DNA of 64,000 nucleotides from Candidatus Hydrogenedentota bacterium (GTDB lineage Bacteria; Hydrogenedentota; Hydrogenedentia; Hydrogenedentales; SLHB01): NCBI GenBank assembly GCA_963674865.2, contig CAXXYE010000008.1, positions 288,001 to 352,000 of the forward strand, read 5' to 3'. Shown piece by piece: positions 10,095 to 21,227 of this stretch (position 1 is its first letter; each line of letters starts with the position of its first letter). The notes under the pieces were generated by a model. It saw only the letters and a program-made list of their open reading frames with translations, ran no database searches and was not told where the DNA came from. The position numbers and the translations under genes were made by a program.

Positions 10095-11527
10095 CTAGCT
10101 CACTATTTCCCGCGTGTCCAGTCCTCGTGGTGGACGACGAATCCAGCGCCCTCGACAGTGTCGAGATGGCGCTGTGTGCGCACGGAATTGACAACGTCGT
10201 GCGGTGCCAGGACAGTCGTAAGGTGATGGCGATGTTGGACGAACAGGAGGCGGAGGTGGTGCTGTTGGACCTCTCAATGCCACACCTCCGGGGCGAGGAG
10301 TTGCTGCCGCAGATCGTGGCCGAGCACCCGCACCTACCGGTCGTCATGGTGACGGGTATCGCGGAAGTGGAACGGGTCGTCCAATGCATGCGCCAAGGGG
10401 CCTTCGACTATCTGGTCAAGCCGGTGGATGACGCCCGTTTAGCTACTACGGTCCGGCGGGCCGTCGAGTGGCGTGAGTTGTGTCGAGAAAACAAGCGCTT
10501 GCGCGACGGAATGCTGGCGGAGCATTTGCGGCATTCCGAAGCCTTCGCTGAAATCATTACGAATAACGCGACGATGCACAAGATCTTCCGGTACGTCGAA
10601 GCCATCGCACCGAGCGACGCGTCCGTATTGGTTACCGGCGAAACAGGCGTAGGCAAAGAGCTGATCGCCCGCGTCATCCACCGCCTGAGCGGCAGAAAGG
10701 GTGAGTTCGTGGCCGTGAACGTGTCCGGTCTCGATGAACCTATGTTTTCCGACACGCTCTTCGGGCACCGGAAGGGCGCGTTCACCGGTGCAGGCGAGAC
10801 ACGTGGAGGCGTGATCGAGCGGGCCGCTGACGGCACTCTGTTGTTGGACGAGATCGGCGACCTGAGCCCGGCATCGCAGGTGAAACTGCTGCGGCTCTTG
10901 CAAGAACGAGAATACTACCCGCTGGGCTCAGACGAGCCGTTCCTGTCAACCGTGCGCATCGTCTCTTCAACCTGCCGGGACCTCGGCCAACGAGTCGCCT
11001 CCGGCGAGTACCGCGGGGATCTGTTCTACCGGCTGCAGGGCCATCACGTCCACGTGCCGCCGTTGCGCGAACGCCTCGACACCGATCTGCCGGCCCTGGT
11101 CGAGCACTTCCTCACGGTGGCGGCTGAGCAATTGGAGAAATCCAAGCCTACACCACCTCCTGAGCTTCTTCCCCTGTTGCGAGGCTACTCGTTTCCCGGC
11201 AACGTGCGCGAGCTGGAATCGATGATCCACGACGCCGTCAGTCAGCATGAACGCGGAGTGCTGTCGCTGAAATCCCTCAAGGAAGTGGCGACCGGCCGGC
11301 CGGCACGTACGGATGGTATGACAAGCGCAGGCCCGCCTGAACCTGACGCCCTGACCTTCCCACTGCGGCTGCCCACCATTGCGGAGGCCACTCACAGCTT
11401 AGTCAACGAGGCCCTGGCCCGCGCCAACGGCAATCAGTCTTTGGCCGCGCAAATGCTCGGCATCACTCCCCAGGCCCTCAGCCAACGCCTGAAACGGGCC
11501 GCCGGGGATGGGGAACAGGGCCCGTAG
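10091..11527 (+). CDS. Sigma54-dependent NtrC-family response regulator
   Basis: REC domain, Walker A GETGVGKE, GAFTGA, LLDEIGD, FPGNVRELE, C-terminal Fis-type HTH. Confidence 0.95.
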   Translation: MTSSLFPACPVLVVDDESSALDSVEMALCAHGIDNVVRCQDSRKVMAMLDEQEAEVVLLDLSMPHLRGEELLPQIVAEHPHLPVVMVTGIAEVERVVQCMRQGAFDYLVKPVDDARLATTVRRAVEWRELCRENKRLRDGMLAEHLRHSEAFAEIITNNATMHKIFRYVEAIAPSDASVLVTGETGVGKELIARVIHRLSGRKGEFVAVNVSGLDEPMFSDTLFGHRKGAFTGAGETRGGVIERAADGTLLLDEIGDLSPASQVKLLRLLQEREYYPLGSDEPFLSTVRIVSSTCRDLGQRVASGEYRGDLFYRLQGHHVHVPPLRERLDTDLPALVEHFLTVAAEQLEKSKPTPPPELLPLLRGYSFPGNVRELESMIHDAVSQHERGVLSLKSLKEVATGRPARTDGMTSAGPPEPDALTFPLRLPTIAEATHSLVNEALARANGNQSLAAQMLGITPQALSQRLKRAAGDGEQGP

Positions 11528-11532
11528 ACCCC

Positions 11533-11566
11533 ATCAACATGGCTTGATCTTTCAACGAATGTTGAT
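11533..11566 (+). promoter_or_regulatory. Two tandem palindromes, probable enhancer (UAS) for a sigma54 activator
   Basis: ATCAAC-ATGG-CTTGAT and TTCAAC-GAAT-GTTGAT with an 18-bp period, ~220-250 bp upstream of a sigma54 promoter. Confidence 0.55.
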
Positions 11567-11781
11567 TCCCGCGCCCGTATTGTACGCATCCCACTACCTG
11601 AGCCATTCCGTGCGCCCCACCATGCCCCATTTGGTGTCGGCGTAGCTCGATACATGCGGATTTCGGGGCGAGACTGGAATCTGGCATAAACGTTTGTTGA
11701 TCCCCTCCCGACCATTCGACGATGGTCCCATTAACGCGCCAAGCCTTTACGGGGCAGTTGGTTACGCCCCGATTTCGCACC

Positions 11782-11797
11782 TGGCACGTGCCTTGCT
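11782..11797 (+). promoter_or_regulatory. Sigma54 (-24/-12) promoter
   Basis: TGGCAC-GTGCC-TTGCT matches TGGCAC-N5-TTGCW exactly, 50 bp before the ATG at 11847. Confidence 0.85.
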
Positions 11798-11846
11798 GTA
11801 CATCGGCTGGCAGGCACAAGCATCCAATCAAGGAGAGTAAAGCCAC

Positions 11847-12242
11847 ATGCCGGTGCTGAATGTTCTCATTGCACTACACGTTCCGTGGCTGCGCCAGTAT
11901 TTGGCACGAATGCTACGAAATCGAGGCCACGACGTCGTTGTTGCCGAATGCAATCACGAAGCCTTGAACTGGCTCACAATCTTCAATAACTGCCAGAAGC
12001 CACTGCATCTCATCATTCTCGGCTCGGAATTGGCGGCGGCGGACGCGGAGAAGCTCGCGGAGCACGTACCTCGTGACGGCGCCGCACCGACCGTTCTGTT
12101 GCTCGTCGGCCATGAGGGACCGGAATGGGCCAAGCTCTTTGAAGATTGTGCGCGGGTCGAACTCGTATGCGGGCCGCCCGATACGGCGGCCATCCTGGCG
12201 CGGGTTGACGAACTAAGTCAGGCGAACGAGGAATCGTCATGA
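11847..12242 (+). CDS. Degenerate receiver-like (REC) protein
   Basis: CheY-like beta/alpha pattern without the canonical acidic pocket; AGGAG RBS. Confidence 0.6.
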   Translation: MPVLNVLIALHVPWLRQYLARMLRNRGHDVVVAECNHEALNWLTIFNNCQKPLHLIILGSELAAADAEKLAEHVPRDGAAPTVLLLVGHEGPEWAKLFEDCARVELVCGPPDTAAILARVDELSQANEESS

Positions 12243-12252
12243 AGGTCGGGAG

Positions 12253-12621
12253 ATGCAAGAGCGAAGCGCGACTGCCGCGATTCTCAAGGACACCTTCCGG
12301 GACTCGGATGTCATTGCCCGGCTTGGGGGCGATGAGTTCGCCATGCTTGCCGTCGGGGCGAATGCCGACGACCCCGCCGACCTCGAAAGACGCCTGCACG
12401 AGAGAAGCATCGCCCACAATGTTGACACCAACGGGAGCTTTGGCCTTTCCGTCAGTGTCGGCGTTGCCGGTTTCGACGTCGACCGCCCTTGCAGTATCAA
12501 TGAACTGCTGGCGCAAGCCGACGCGCGAATGTACGCACAGAAGGCCGGAAAACATGAGAGGGTGGCGGCTGGACCGGAAGAACCACAATATGCCCTCAAC
12601 AGAGAAGGCACACCGCAATGA
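12253..12621 (+). pseudogene. N-terminally truncated GGDEF domain
   Basis: RDSDVIARLGGDEFAML...SVSVGVA...LLAQADARMY..K; lacks the N-terminal DxD strand and the NDxxGH segment. Confidence 0.75.
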
Positions 12622-15600
12622 CGGACGCGAACAAGACAAAAGCTCAGCCTCAAGCCGCGGACCGCGAGCTACTCGCACACAAGCTGCTGCAATTGCTCAA
12701 CCGTCGGGAAACTTCGCAGGACTCCATCGGCGACATTCTGCGTCTGGTCAAGACACACTTGGACGTCGAAGCGGTCGGCATCCGTCTGCGTGAGGGCGAC
12801 GATTATCCCTACTGCCAAGCCGATGGTTTTTCGGAAGACTTCCTGCGCGTTGAGCGATATCTGTGCGAACGTGACGAGGCGGGCGAGATCGTGCGCGACG
12901 AAACGGGAACTCCCTGTCTCGAATGCATGTGCGGAAACGTTCTCCGCGGGCGGACCGATCCCGCGCTGCCGTTCTTCACCGAGGGCGGTAGCTTCTGGTC
13001 CAACAACACCACACAACTGCTGGCAACGACTACGGAGAAGGCTCGCCAGGCGCGCACCCGCAACCGCTGCAACGCCGAGGGCTACGAATCTGTCGCCCTC
13101 ATCCCATTGCGTTCAGGCGGCGAGATCATCGGCCTACTGCAATTGAACGATCGCCGCCCCAACCGATTCACGCTGCAAGTGATTCAGTTCTTCGAAGGAC
13201 TTGGCGCCAGCATCGGCATCGCACTCGCGCGCCAGCGAATGGAGACCGACCTCAAACGCACCAATCGATCTCTCGTTATGATCAGTGAGTGCAATCAGGC
13301 GTTGGTCCACGCCACCAACGAGACAGACTTGCTGAACGAGATTTGCCGCCTCATCGTGCAGCTTGGCGGCTTCCGCCTGGCATGGGTCGGATACGCGCAG
13401 GAGGATGAGAAGAAGACGGTCCGTCCCGTCGCATGGACGGGGGGCGACGAGTATGTTACGGGACTGGATATCACCTGGGCGGACGTGGAACGCGGCCGAG
13501 GCCCCGTGGGAACGTCAATCCGCGAAAAGCGCATCGTCTTCGTGGAAAATGTCGAGACGGATGGTTCTTTCACGCCGTGGCGCGATGCCGCAATGAAATA
13601 CGGGCTTCGCTCCGTCATCTCATTTCCCCTGATATCGGACGGCCGTGCCCTTGGCGCGCTCAGCATTGACGCCCCGTTCGTTGATGCATTCACGGCGGAC
13701 GAAATCAGGCTTCTCTCGGAACTCGCCGGAGACATGGCCTATGGCATAGCAACCTTGCGCACTCGCGCCGAACACGAGCAGGCCAGGCGCGAGATCGAGG
13801 GGCTGGCCAGGTTTCCGGGCGAAAACCCGAGTCCGGTGTTGCGCATCGCGCCCGATGGGACCTTACTGTCTGCGAACCGTGCGAGTGCCCAGGTATTAGC
13901 CGCATGGGAGCGGGAAGTCGGCCAGCCGGTGCCGGACGACTGGCACAGACATATCGCAGCCGTATCTCATACCGGGGCGAAGGCGGAAGTCAAAGCCTCC
14001 TATGGCGGCCGGACCTATTCTTTCCTCCTCGTGCCCATCGCGGAGGCCGGATACGTGAACATCTATAGCCGCGACATTACCGAACTCGATCAGGCGGAGC
14101 GTTATCTCGTGGCCTCCGAGACGCGCTACCGGCGGCTTTTCGAGAGTTCCAAGGATGGGATTCTGATTCTCGACGCCGGAACCGGCGAGATTGTGGATGT
14201 CAATCCGTATCTCGGCGAACTATTGGGCTTCGACCTTGAGTACTTCCTCGGCAAGAAGCTCTGGGAAATCGGTCTGTTCAAAGACATCGTCGCTTCGGAG
14301 ACGGCCTTCGTGGAGTTGCAGGAGAAAGAATATATCCGCTACGACGGTTTGCCGCTGGAAGCAAAGGATGGCCGGCAGGTCCAGGTGGAGTTCGTCAGCA
14401 ACGTCTATCGGGTGGACTCGACCAAGGTCATCCAGTGCAACATCCGCGACGTCACCGCACGGAGGAGTCTGGAGGAACAGTTTCGCCAGGCCCAGAAGAT
14501 GGAAGCCATCGGACAACTGGCCGGCGGCGTGGCGCATGATTTCAACAACATTATCATGGGCATGATGGGCTACACCCAACTCATCGTCGATAGGCTGCCC
14601 AAGGAATCGGAGGAGGCCGAGTGCGCCCGCGAGATCTACACAACGGCCGAGCGAGCGGCGGCTTTGACTCGACAGCTCCTATCCTTCAGCCGGAAACAGA
14701 TCCTCGCGACCGAAGTGTTGGACCTCAACACCGTAATCGATGGATTCCAGAAAATGCTGGGGCGGCTGCTGGGCGAAGACATCGATCTATGCATTGCGCC
14801 GGCCCCCGACCTGGGGATGGTGAAGGCGGACCCCGGACAGATCGAGCAGGTCATCATGAACCTGGCCGTGAATGCGCGGGACGCTATGCCAGAAGGCGGG
14901 AAGCTGACCATAGAGACCGGCAATGTGGACCTCGACGAAGAATACGCAGCGCAACATGCTGACGCGACTCCGGGTCCACACGTGATGTTGGCGGTGTCCG
15001 ATACCGGCTGCGGCATGGACGCGGCTACAAGCAAGAAGGTGTTTGAGCCCTTCTTCACCACGAAAGGGCTGGATGAAGGCACTGGACTCGGCTTGGCCAC
15101 TGTTTACGGCATCGTGCGGCAAAGCGGGGGAACCATCCACGTGTACAGCGAACCGGGAGAGGGCACTGCGTTCAAGGTGTATCTGCCGCGAATCGACGAA
15201 GCACCCGAGGTGAAGAAACCATCTCGGCCTACCGATACACGCGGTGCCGGGGAAACCATTCTGGCGGTTGAAGACGAAGAAACGCTTCGGGGACTCCTCG
15301 TGAGGATTCTGGAGCGGGCAGGATACAACTTACTCCTGGCCGCCAACGGCAATGAAGCGTTAGAAGTCTGTGAGAACCATGAGGGAACAATCGACCTGTT
15401 GCTCACGGATGTCGTGATGCCGGAGATGGGCGGACGCCAGTTGGCGGATCGTCTTGCTCAGACACGCGCCGAGATAAAGGTCTTGTACATGTCTGGATAT
15501 ACGCACGACGCCATTGCACACAAAGGCGTGCTGGCTTCCGGCACACAGTTCATACAGAAGCCGTTCAATCCCAACGCCCTCCTGGCCAAGATCCGTGAAG

Positions 15601-15629
15601 TGCTGGAATATGAGCACGACAAGGTCTGA
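12618..15629 (+). CDS. Hybrid histidine kinase (Cys-rich GAF, GAF, PAS, PAS, HisKA-HATPase, REC)
   Basis: [31 protein letters not shown]-terminal [11 protein letters not shown]...KPF. Confidence 0.93.
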   Translation: MTDANKTKAQPQAADRELLAHKLLQLLNRRETSQDSIGDILRLVKTHLDVEAVGIRLREGDDYPYCQADGFSEDFLRVERYLCERDEAGEIVRDETGTPCLECMCGNVLRGRTDPALPFFTEGGSFWSNNTTQLLATTTEKARQARTRNRCNAEGYESVALIPLRSGGEIIGLLQLNDRRPNRFTLQVIQFFEGLGASIGIALARQRMETDLKRTNRSLVMISECNQALVHATNETDLLNEICRLIVQLGGFRLAWVGYAQEDEKKTVRPVAWTGGDEYVTGLDITWADVERGRGPVGTSIREKRIVFVENVETDGSFTPWRDAAMKYGLRSVISFPLISDGRALGALSIDAPFVDAFTADEIRLLSELAGDMAYGIATLRTRAEHEQARREIEGLARFPGENPSPVLRIAPDGTLLSANRASAQVLAAWEREVGQPVPDDWHRHIAAVSHTGAKAEVKASYGGRTYSFLLVPIAEAGYVNIYSRDITELDQAERYLVASETRYRRLFESSKDGILILDAGTGEIVDVNPYLGELLGFDLEYFLGKKLWEIGLFKDIVASETAFVELQEKEYIRYDGLPLEAKDGRQVQVEFVSNVYRVDSTKVIQCNIRDVTARRSLEEQFRQAQKMEAIGQLAGGVAHDFNNIIMGMMGYTQLIVDRLPKESEEAECAREIYTTAERAAALTRQLLSFSRKQILATEVLDLNTVIDGFQKMLGRLLGEDIDLCIAPAPDLGMVKADPGQIEQVIMNLAVNARDAMPEGGKLTIETGNVDLDEEYAAQHADATPGPHVMLAVSDTGCGMDAATSKKVFEPFFTTKGLDEGTGLGLATVYGIVRQSGGTIHVYSEPGEGTAFKVYLPRIDEAPEVKKPSRPTDTRGAGETILAVEDEETLRGLLVRILERAGYNLLLAANGNEALEVCENHEGTIDLLLTDVVMPEMGGRQLADRLAQTRAEIKVLYMSGYTHDAIAHKGVLASGTQFIQKPFNPNALLAKIREVLEYEHDKV

Positions 15630-15756
15630 GCGAGAGAGGATCATTGTTGCACCGCATAGCTCGGAGTAACTGACCCACCGGCCGCCTTTCTCCGGTTGGC
15701 CTCCTATCTGAAGTCAAAGGACTCGGCGCCCCACAGGGCACAGGAGATGGGTAAAG

Positions 15757-18700
15757 ATGGCAGAAGTACAAGTGAAGAGCAGGGAGGCACGGCGTATCGG
15801 CTCCTACGCGATAGCGCTAGCTGTTTTCTGGTCGGGAGTTGTGCTCCTGTCCCTGGTATGGAATGTCCATCGCCAGCGCCTGGAAACGACCGAGGCGGCG
15901 CGCGCCGGGGCACGGGCCGTAGTCGATGAACACGTCCTCAATGACCGCTTGGACGAACTGCATCGGGAGGTCTTCTCGGACGCCGCCACTCCGGACGAGG
16001 GACATCCTGCGAGCGACTCGGGGGCGATTCAACGGCCCTCTCTGCCGACGTCGGCAAATTGGCGTGTGGGACTGAACACAATTCGAGGCGCGACCGCCCC
16101 AAAGCTTCATGCCAAGATCACCGCCCCCAATCCGCATAGTCCGGACAATGCGCCCGACTCGTGGGAAATCCGGGCATTCGCCGCTTTAGGACTTGGACAA
16201 TCCGAGGTCGACGCCATAGAGGAAGTGGACGGCGAACCGGTCATGCGCCTGATGCGGCCTATCGTCGCCGAGAAGATGTGTCTGGATTGCCACGGCACCG
16301 ATGAGACAAAGGCCGGCGACATTCTCGGAGGAATATCGGTCGCTGTACCGATGCGTCCCTTCCGGAGGGTGGGACGTGGCCACATGACCTCCATGTTCAC
16401 CGGGCACGGGCTTCTCTGGCTGTTCGGACTCATCGGGATCGTCGTCGGGCATCGCGGCCTTGGAACCAGTCTCGCGGAAACGAAACGCGCGCAGCATGCC
16501 TTGAGAGAGCGGGTCAAGGAACTGGATTGCCTCATGGCTATTGGGCGTATCGTTGAACCGAAGGACGCTATCCTTGAATCAACTATCGAGCAGGCCGTGC
16601 AGCTACTACCTCCCGCATTCCAGTTCCCTGAGGATACGGTGGCCTGTATTCGATGGGAAGATCGCGTCTTCGAAGCAGGCGACTTCGGCGCCAGTGTGTC
16701 CCGCTTGTCGGCGGGATTAGTCGTCGGCGGCCATACGGCCGGCTCGGTCGAGGTCGGCTACTGCACAGGACACCCGCCCATTCTCGAGGGAGAGCCGTTC
16801 CTTCAGGAGGAGAGAAGACTGATCGCGGCTTTTGCCGAGCGCTTGGGACATGTCATCGAGCGCATGCTCTCCATAGAGGCGCTAAACCTGTTCAGAAAAA
16901 CGGTGGAGAACTCAACGGATGCCATTGGGATGTCCACTCCGGAGGGGGAGCATTACTATCAAAACGAGGCCTTCAGTAATCTCTTTGGTGAAATCGGCGA
17001 GAGTGCGACAGCCACTGCATACGTGGATGAAGACGTCGGCAAAGAAGTATTTGAAACGATCATCGCCGGAGGGCAATGGGTCGGCGAAGCGAGGATGTAC
17101 ACAAAATCCAGGAGTGTGGCAGACATACTCCTTAGGGCCTATCCTAACAAAGACGCCAATGACCGGGTGATCGGACTTGTCGGCATACATACCGACATCA
17201 CCGAACGTAAACGGGCGGAGGAGGAACTTGAAGTATTTGGCCGTTTTGCCCATGAAGCCGCTTATGGCATAGGCTGGGCTGATATGGACGGTAAGGTCAT
17301 TTACGTCAATCCGACACTATGCAAAATGTTTGGAGAAGAACGGCCGGAAGATGTTCACGGTAAGCCCGTCGCTCAGTACTATGATGAAGAGACACAGCAG
17401 CGGCTCGCGGGCGAAATCCTTCCCGCTGTTCGTGATAATGGACAGTGGTCGGGTGAACTGGACATTCATGACCGACACGGGGGAAAAATAGCTACGCAGA
17501 ACAATCTCTTTGCCCTGTTCGATAAGGACGGCACTCCGCACTATTTCGCGAATCTGCTGACGGACATTACCGAACGCAAGCGTGCGGAGCAAGCCGTTGC
17601 CGAGTCGGCTCAAAAGTTTCGGGGCGTGGTCGAGAATATCGGCGTGGGTGTGGCTCTGATCGACCCGGACATGCGGGTCCTGTTCATGAACCGTCAGATG
17701 AAGGAGTGGTTTGGGGAGGCCGATGGCAATTCACCTCCCCTTTGCTATGAGTTCTTCAATGAGCCCGCCCGTTCGGAGCCGTGTAGCTACTGTCCCACGA
17801 TCCTCACCTTGCGCGACGGCAAGGTCCACGAGAGCATCACCGAGACGCCCGGCGGCGGCGAAGTCCGCAACTACCGCATTGTGTCGTCGGCTATTTTCGA
17901 CGGCCAGGGGCAAGTCGTTGCCGCCATAGAAATGGTGCAGGACATCACTATCGAGAAACAGGCCGAGGAGGCGTTGCGCAGCGCCAAGCTCGCCGCCGAG
18001 GAGTCCGCCCAGGCCAAGTCCTATTTCCTCGCGAACATGAGCCATGAGATACGCACGCCCATGAACGGAGTGATCGGAATGACCGGCCTTCTGCTCGATA
18101 CGGATTTGGACGTCGAGCAGCGCCAGTATGCGGAGATCGTCAAGAACAGCGCGGATTCTCTGCTAACGGTCATCAACGACATCCTTGACTTCTCGAAGAT
18201 CGACGCCGGCAAGCTGGACCTTGAAGTGCTGGATTTCGACCTGCGGACCGCTCTCGACGAAATGAACGACACCCTTGCCGCAAAGGCACAGGTTAAGGGC
18301 CTCGAGTACGTCTGCCACGTCGAGCTGGACGTGCCCTCATTTCTGCGGGGGGACCCTGGGCGGCTTCGCCAAGTGCTTACGAATCTCATCGGTAACGCGG
18401 CCAAATTCACCTCGGACGGCGAGATCAAGATACATGTCCTTCTAGAAAGGGAGGGCGACGATTATGCGATAGTCCGGTTTGCCGTGAGTGACACCGGTCT
18501 CGGCATCGCGCAAGACAGGTTAAGAAGCCTCTTCGAAGCGTTTAGCCAGGCGGACGCTTCCACGACGCGCAAGTACGGCGGTACTGGTTTGGGACTGTCT
18601 ATATCGCGGCAGTTGGTTGAGTTGATGGGCGGTGAAATCGGGGCCGAGAGTGAGGTGGGCAAGGGGTCCACATTCTGGTTCACGGCCCGCCTCGAGAAGC

Positions 18701-19662
18701 AGTCCGAGGGGGCGCACGCGGAACCGGCGGTTCCAGAAGACATTCGCGGCAAGCACATGCTGGTTGTGGATGACAACGCGACAAACCGTCTCGTCTTGAA
18801 AGAACGGTTACTTTCGTGGGATTGCCGGCACGACGAGGCCCCGGACGGGCGGATAGCGCTCGACAAGTTGAAAGCGGCCGAGGATGAGGGCGACCCCTTC
18901 GACATTGCCATTCTGGACATGCAGATGCCCGAAATGGACGGAGAGACGCTCGGACGGACGATCAAGGGCGACCCGGCACTCAGCGACGTACAACTCGTCA
19001 TGATGAGTTCCATCGGTCAGCGGGGAGACGCCGCACGGATGAAAGCGGCCGGCTTCTCCGCGTACTTGAGCAAGCCCGTGAAGCAATCGGAGTTCTTCGA
19101 CTGCCTCGCATCCGTGCTCGGCCACTCCACGACGCGGGAGATGTCAAGCGCCAAATCCTTAATCACGAAACACTCGCTTGCGGAAGACAAGAAGCGAAAG
19201 GTCCGCATTTTGCTCGCAGAGGACAATGTAGTCAACCAGAAGGTAGCCTTGAAGGTCCTCGAGAAGCTCGGTTATCGGGCCGACGCCGTAGCCAGCGGTA
19301 TCGAGGCCGTCAAGGCGTTGGAGTCCCTGCCCTATGACCTGGTACTGATGGATTGCCAGATGCCCGAGATGGATGGCTACGAGGCAACCGCCGCAATCCG
19401 CGATACTGGGTCCGCCGTTCAAGACCATCATGTTCCCGTTGTCGCCATGACGGCCAATGCGATGAAAGGCGACCGCGAGAAATGTATCGCGGCGGGCATG
19501 GACGACTACATCGCGAAACCTGTTAATCCAAAGGAGCTCCATGAGGCCATCAAGCGGAACCTGGAGGCGGCCGCCGTACAGGGCACTCAGCCGGTCTCAA
19601 AGGAGGAGCCGCCATCCTATTGCGCCGCCCAGGCAGCTGCCACCCAGCAGGGAAGCGCATGA
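15757..19662 (+). CDS. Membrane hybrid sensor kinase with extracytoplasmic heme-c (DUF3365-like) domain, PAS domains and two REC domains
   Basis: Two TM segments flanking RLMRPIVAEKMCLDCH (CxxCH), FLANMSHEIRTPMNG, GGTGLGLSI, two receivers (LDMQMP, LMDCQMP). Confidence 0.92.
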   Translation: MAEVQVKSREARRIGSYAIALAVFWSGVVLLSLVWNVHRQRLETTEAARAGARAVVDEHVLNDRLDELHREVFSDAATPDEGHPASDSGAIQRPSLPTSANWRVGLNTIRGATAPKLHAKITAPNPHSPDNAPDSWEIRAFAALGLGQSEVDAIEEVDGEPVMRLMRPIVAEKMCLDCHGTDETKAGDILGGISVAVPMRPFRRVGRGHMTSMFTGHGLLWLFGLIGIVVGHRGLGTSLAETKRAQHALRERVKELDCLMAIGRIVEPKDAILESTIEQAVQLLPPAFQFPEDTVACIRWEDRVFEAGDFGASVSRLSAGLVVGGHTAGSVEVGYCTGHPPILEGEPFLQEERRLIAAFAERLGHVIERMLSIEALNLFRKTVENSTDAIGMSTPEGEHYYQNEAFSNLFGEIGESATATAYVDEDVGKEVFETIIAGGQWVGEARMYTKSRSVADILLRAYPNKDANDRVIGLVGIHTDITERKRAEEELEVFGRFAHEAAYGIGWADMDGKVIYVNPTLCKMFGEERPEDVHGKPVAQYYDEETQQRLAGEILPAVRDNGQWSGELDIHDRHGGKIATQNNLFALFDKDGTPHYFANLLTDITERKRAEQAVAESAQKFRGVVENIGVGVALIDPDMRVLFMNRQMKEWFGEADGNSPPLCYEFFNEPARSEPCSYCPTILTLRDGKVHESITETPGGGEVRNYRIVSSAIFDGQGQVVAAIEMVQDITIEKQAEEALRSAKLAAEESAQAKSYFLANMSHEIRTPMNGVIGMTGLLLDTDLDVEQRQYAEIVKNSADSLLTVINDILDFSKIDAGKLDLEVLDFDLRTALDEMNDTLAAKAQVKGLEYVCHVELDVPSFLRGDPGRLRQVLTNLIGNAAKFTSDGEIKIHVLLEREGDDYAIVRFAVSDTGLGIAQDRLRSLFEAFSQADASTTRKYGGTGLGLSISRQLVELMGGEIGAESEVGKGSTFWFTARLEKQSEGAHAEPAVPEDIRGKHMLVVDDNATNRLVLKERLLSWDCRHDEAPDGRIALDKLKAAEDEGDPFDIAILDMQMPEMDGETLGRTIKGDPALSDVQLVMMSSIGQRGDAARMKAAGFSAYLSKPVKQSEFFDCLASVLGHSTTREMSSAKSLITKHSLAEDKKRKVRILLAEDNVVNQKVALKVLEKLGYRADAVASGIEAVKALESLPYDLVLMDCQMPEMDGYEATAAIRDTGSAVQDHHVPVVAMTANAMKGDREKCIAAGMDDYIAKPVNPKELHEAIKRNLEAAAVQGTQPVSKEEPPSYCAAQAAATQQGSA

Positions 19663-19809
19663 TGTTTCGGGATGCCCGGAGCGATGGTTCGGAGCCGGAG
19701 GCCGAGGCGAAACTGGGAAATCACCCCAGAACGGTTCTCGTGGTCAGCGAGGACCGGGCGTTGATCAATGAGGTGGCGCAGCTTGTTCAAGATTCTAGGG
19801 AGCTAAACG

Positions 19810-20035
19810 TGCGCGGCAAGACGCACATGTGCAAGCGCGGCAACGAACGCGTTCGTCACGCCCCTTTCGGCCATGGCGACGCTGAATACCAAACGCCCCA
19901 ACAGTCTCAGCCTAGTACACCAACGTCTATGCGAAGAGGGCAAAGAAGGGAAAGCCGCCCTCGGCGCCGTCATGCGCAAACAGCTCACCGTCATGCGCGC
20001 CGTCCTAATCCGTGGAAAACCTTACGACCCAATGT
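19810..20035 (+). mobile_element. IS110-family transposase C-terminal remnant, frameshifted
   Basis: RGKTHMCKRGNERVRHA followed in another frame by MATLN...HQRLCEEGKEGKAALGAVMRKQLTVMRAVLIRGKPYDP. It interrupts a short gene starting at 19659. Confidence 0.75.
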
Positions 20036-20060
20036 TCAGAGGCTCTGGAAAACTCACCAG

Positions 20061-21066
20061 TCAACCGCCACAGGAAGGATGCAGGCTGGCTCGTGTCGTG
20101 CTCCACCCAAGCTGCTTCCGAAGCTCCATGACAACATGGTTCTCCACCAGAGGTCCGATCACATGTTCCGGAACCTCGTTAACTGAATCTACTCCCAGAA
20201 GATAAGCCATCAGACCGGTGTCGCATAAGATGACCTTGGGCGACTTGACTAGCCGCTTTCCGAGATTCGCCGACCACGGCGTTAGCGGCTGGACCAGGAA
20301 GGTTGTCTCCAGCAACGCCATGTACCGTTTGAGCGTCGACTGCGGGAGCTCCAGTGAACGTGACAGCTCTGAGTAATTCAGCAGGCACGATGAGCGCATG
20401 GCGAGAAGACGGAGCATCCGAGGAAGAATCGTCAGATGCTCGATGTTTGCTAAATGCCTGACGTCGCGCCGCAAGATGGTTGTGATGTAGGAATTGAACC
20501 AAGCAGTCCTGCGTCGGGCGGTCTTGCGCGACACCACCTCTGGGAAACCTCCCGTGATGACCTTCTCGAGAAGCTTCTGTCGTGATTCAGCAAAGTGGGG
20601 CAAGAAGAAGTCACCTTCTGAGAACACGCTGTCTATGAATGATCCGTTCGCCCCGCTCAACTCGCTCGCGGAAAACGGCCACAGCGTAAGGATCTCCATC
20701 CGTCCAGCTAGGGACTCAGACAGATTCGGAAGCAGGAGTACATCGGCCGATCCTGTGAGAAGAAAACGTCCGGGCCGCCGGTCTCGGTCTACTTGGACTT
20801 TGATGGCGGGGAAGAGCTCTGGGGCATGTTGTACTTCGTCCAGAACCACGGGACCGTCAAGCCCGGACAGGAAGCCCGTTCAGTCCTCAGCAGCCGCCGC
20901 CAGCACGGTGGCATCATCCAAGGTGAGATACCGTCCCCCGCTGATGTTTTCTGTGTACCACTTGGCAAGCGTGCTCTTGCCAGTCTGGCGGGCACCGTTG
21001 AGCAACACCACGGGCGTGTCTGCCATGGCTTCTGTAAAACCATCCGATATACTATCGCCGAATCAT
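20061..21066 (-). pseudogene. AAA_14/DUF4143 ATP-binding protein, disrupted
   Basis: PVVLLNGARQTGKSTLA (Walker A), in-frame TGA near 20880, LDEVQ, FLLTGSA, LAGR, KRLVKSPK..DTGL. The C-terminus is truncated and there is a 5' frameshift. Confidence 0.85.
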
Positions 21067-21148
21067 GGCGTAATTGTAGCCAATGCGTGGTTGATTTGTT
21101 AACGCATTGCTTCGCTTCCTTTCGCTGAGGTTGCCTGGAACTCAACAC

Positions 21149-21193
21149 CGTAAGTTCAATGGCAGCAACGTGTACGGATCAATGCGAACGACA
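21149..21193 (-). repeat. Orphan IS left end, 39/45 identical to 38786-38830
   Basis: cgtaagttcaatggcagcaacgtgtacggatcaatgcgaacgaca versus cgtaagttcaatgacagcaatgggtacgaataaatgcgagcgaca. Confidence 0.85.
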
Positions 21194-21227
21194 GCAGGAT
21201 TCGAACCTGCGACCTTGGTCTATGAGC
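21194..21227 (-). repeat. Displaced tRNA-Met 3'-half fragment (att site of the island)
   Basis: gcaggattcgaacctgcgacctt is identical to 39187-39209 and continues imperfectly to the anticodon loop (tatgagc), in the same orientation as the tRNA. Confidence 0.85.

Noticed and set aside
11682..11697. Second sigma54 promoter TGGCATAAACGTTTGT
   Set aside because: It lacks the conserved GC at -12 with correct spacing.
21194..21227. Second functional tRNA gene
   Set aside because: Only the T-arm to anticodon-loop part is present, with no D-arm or acceptor stem.
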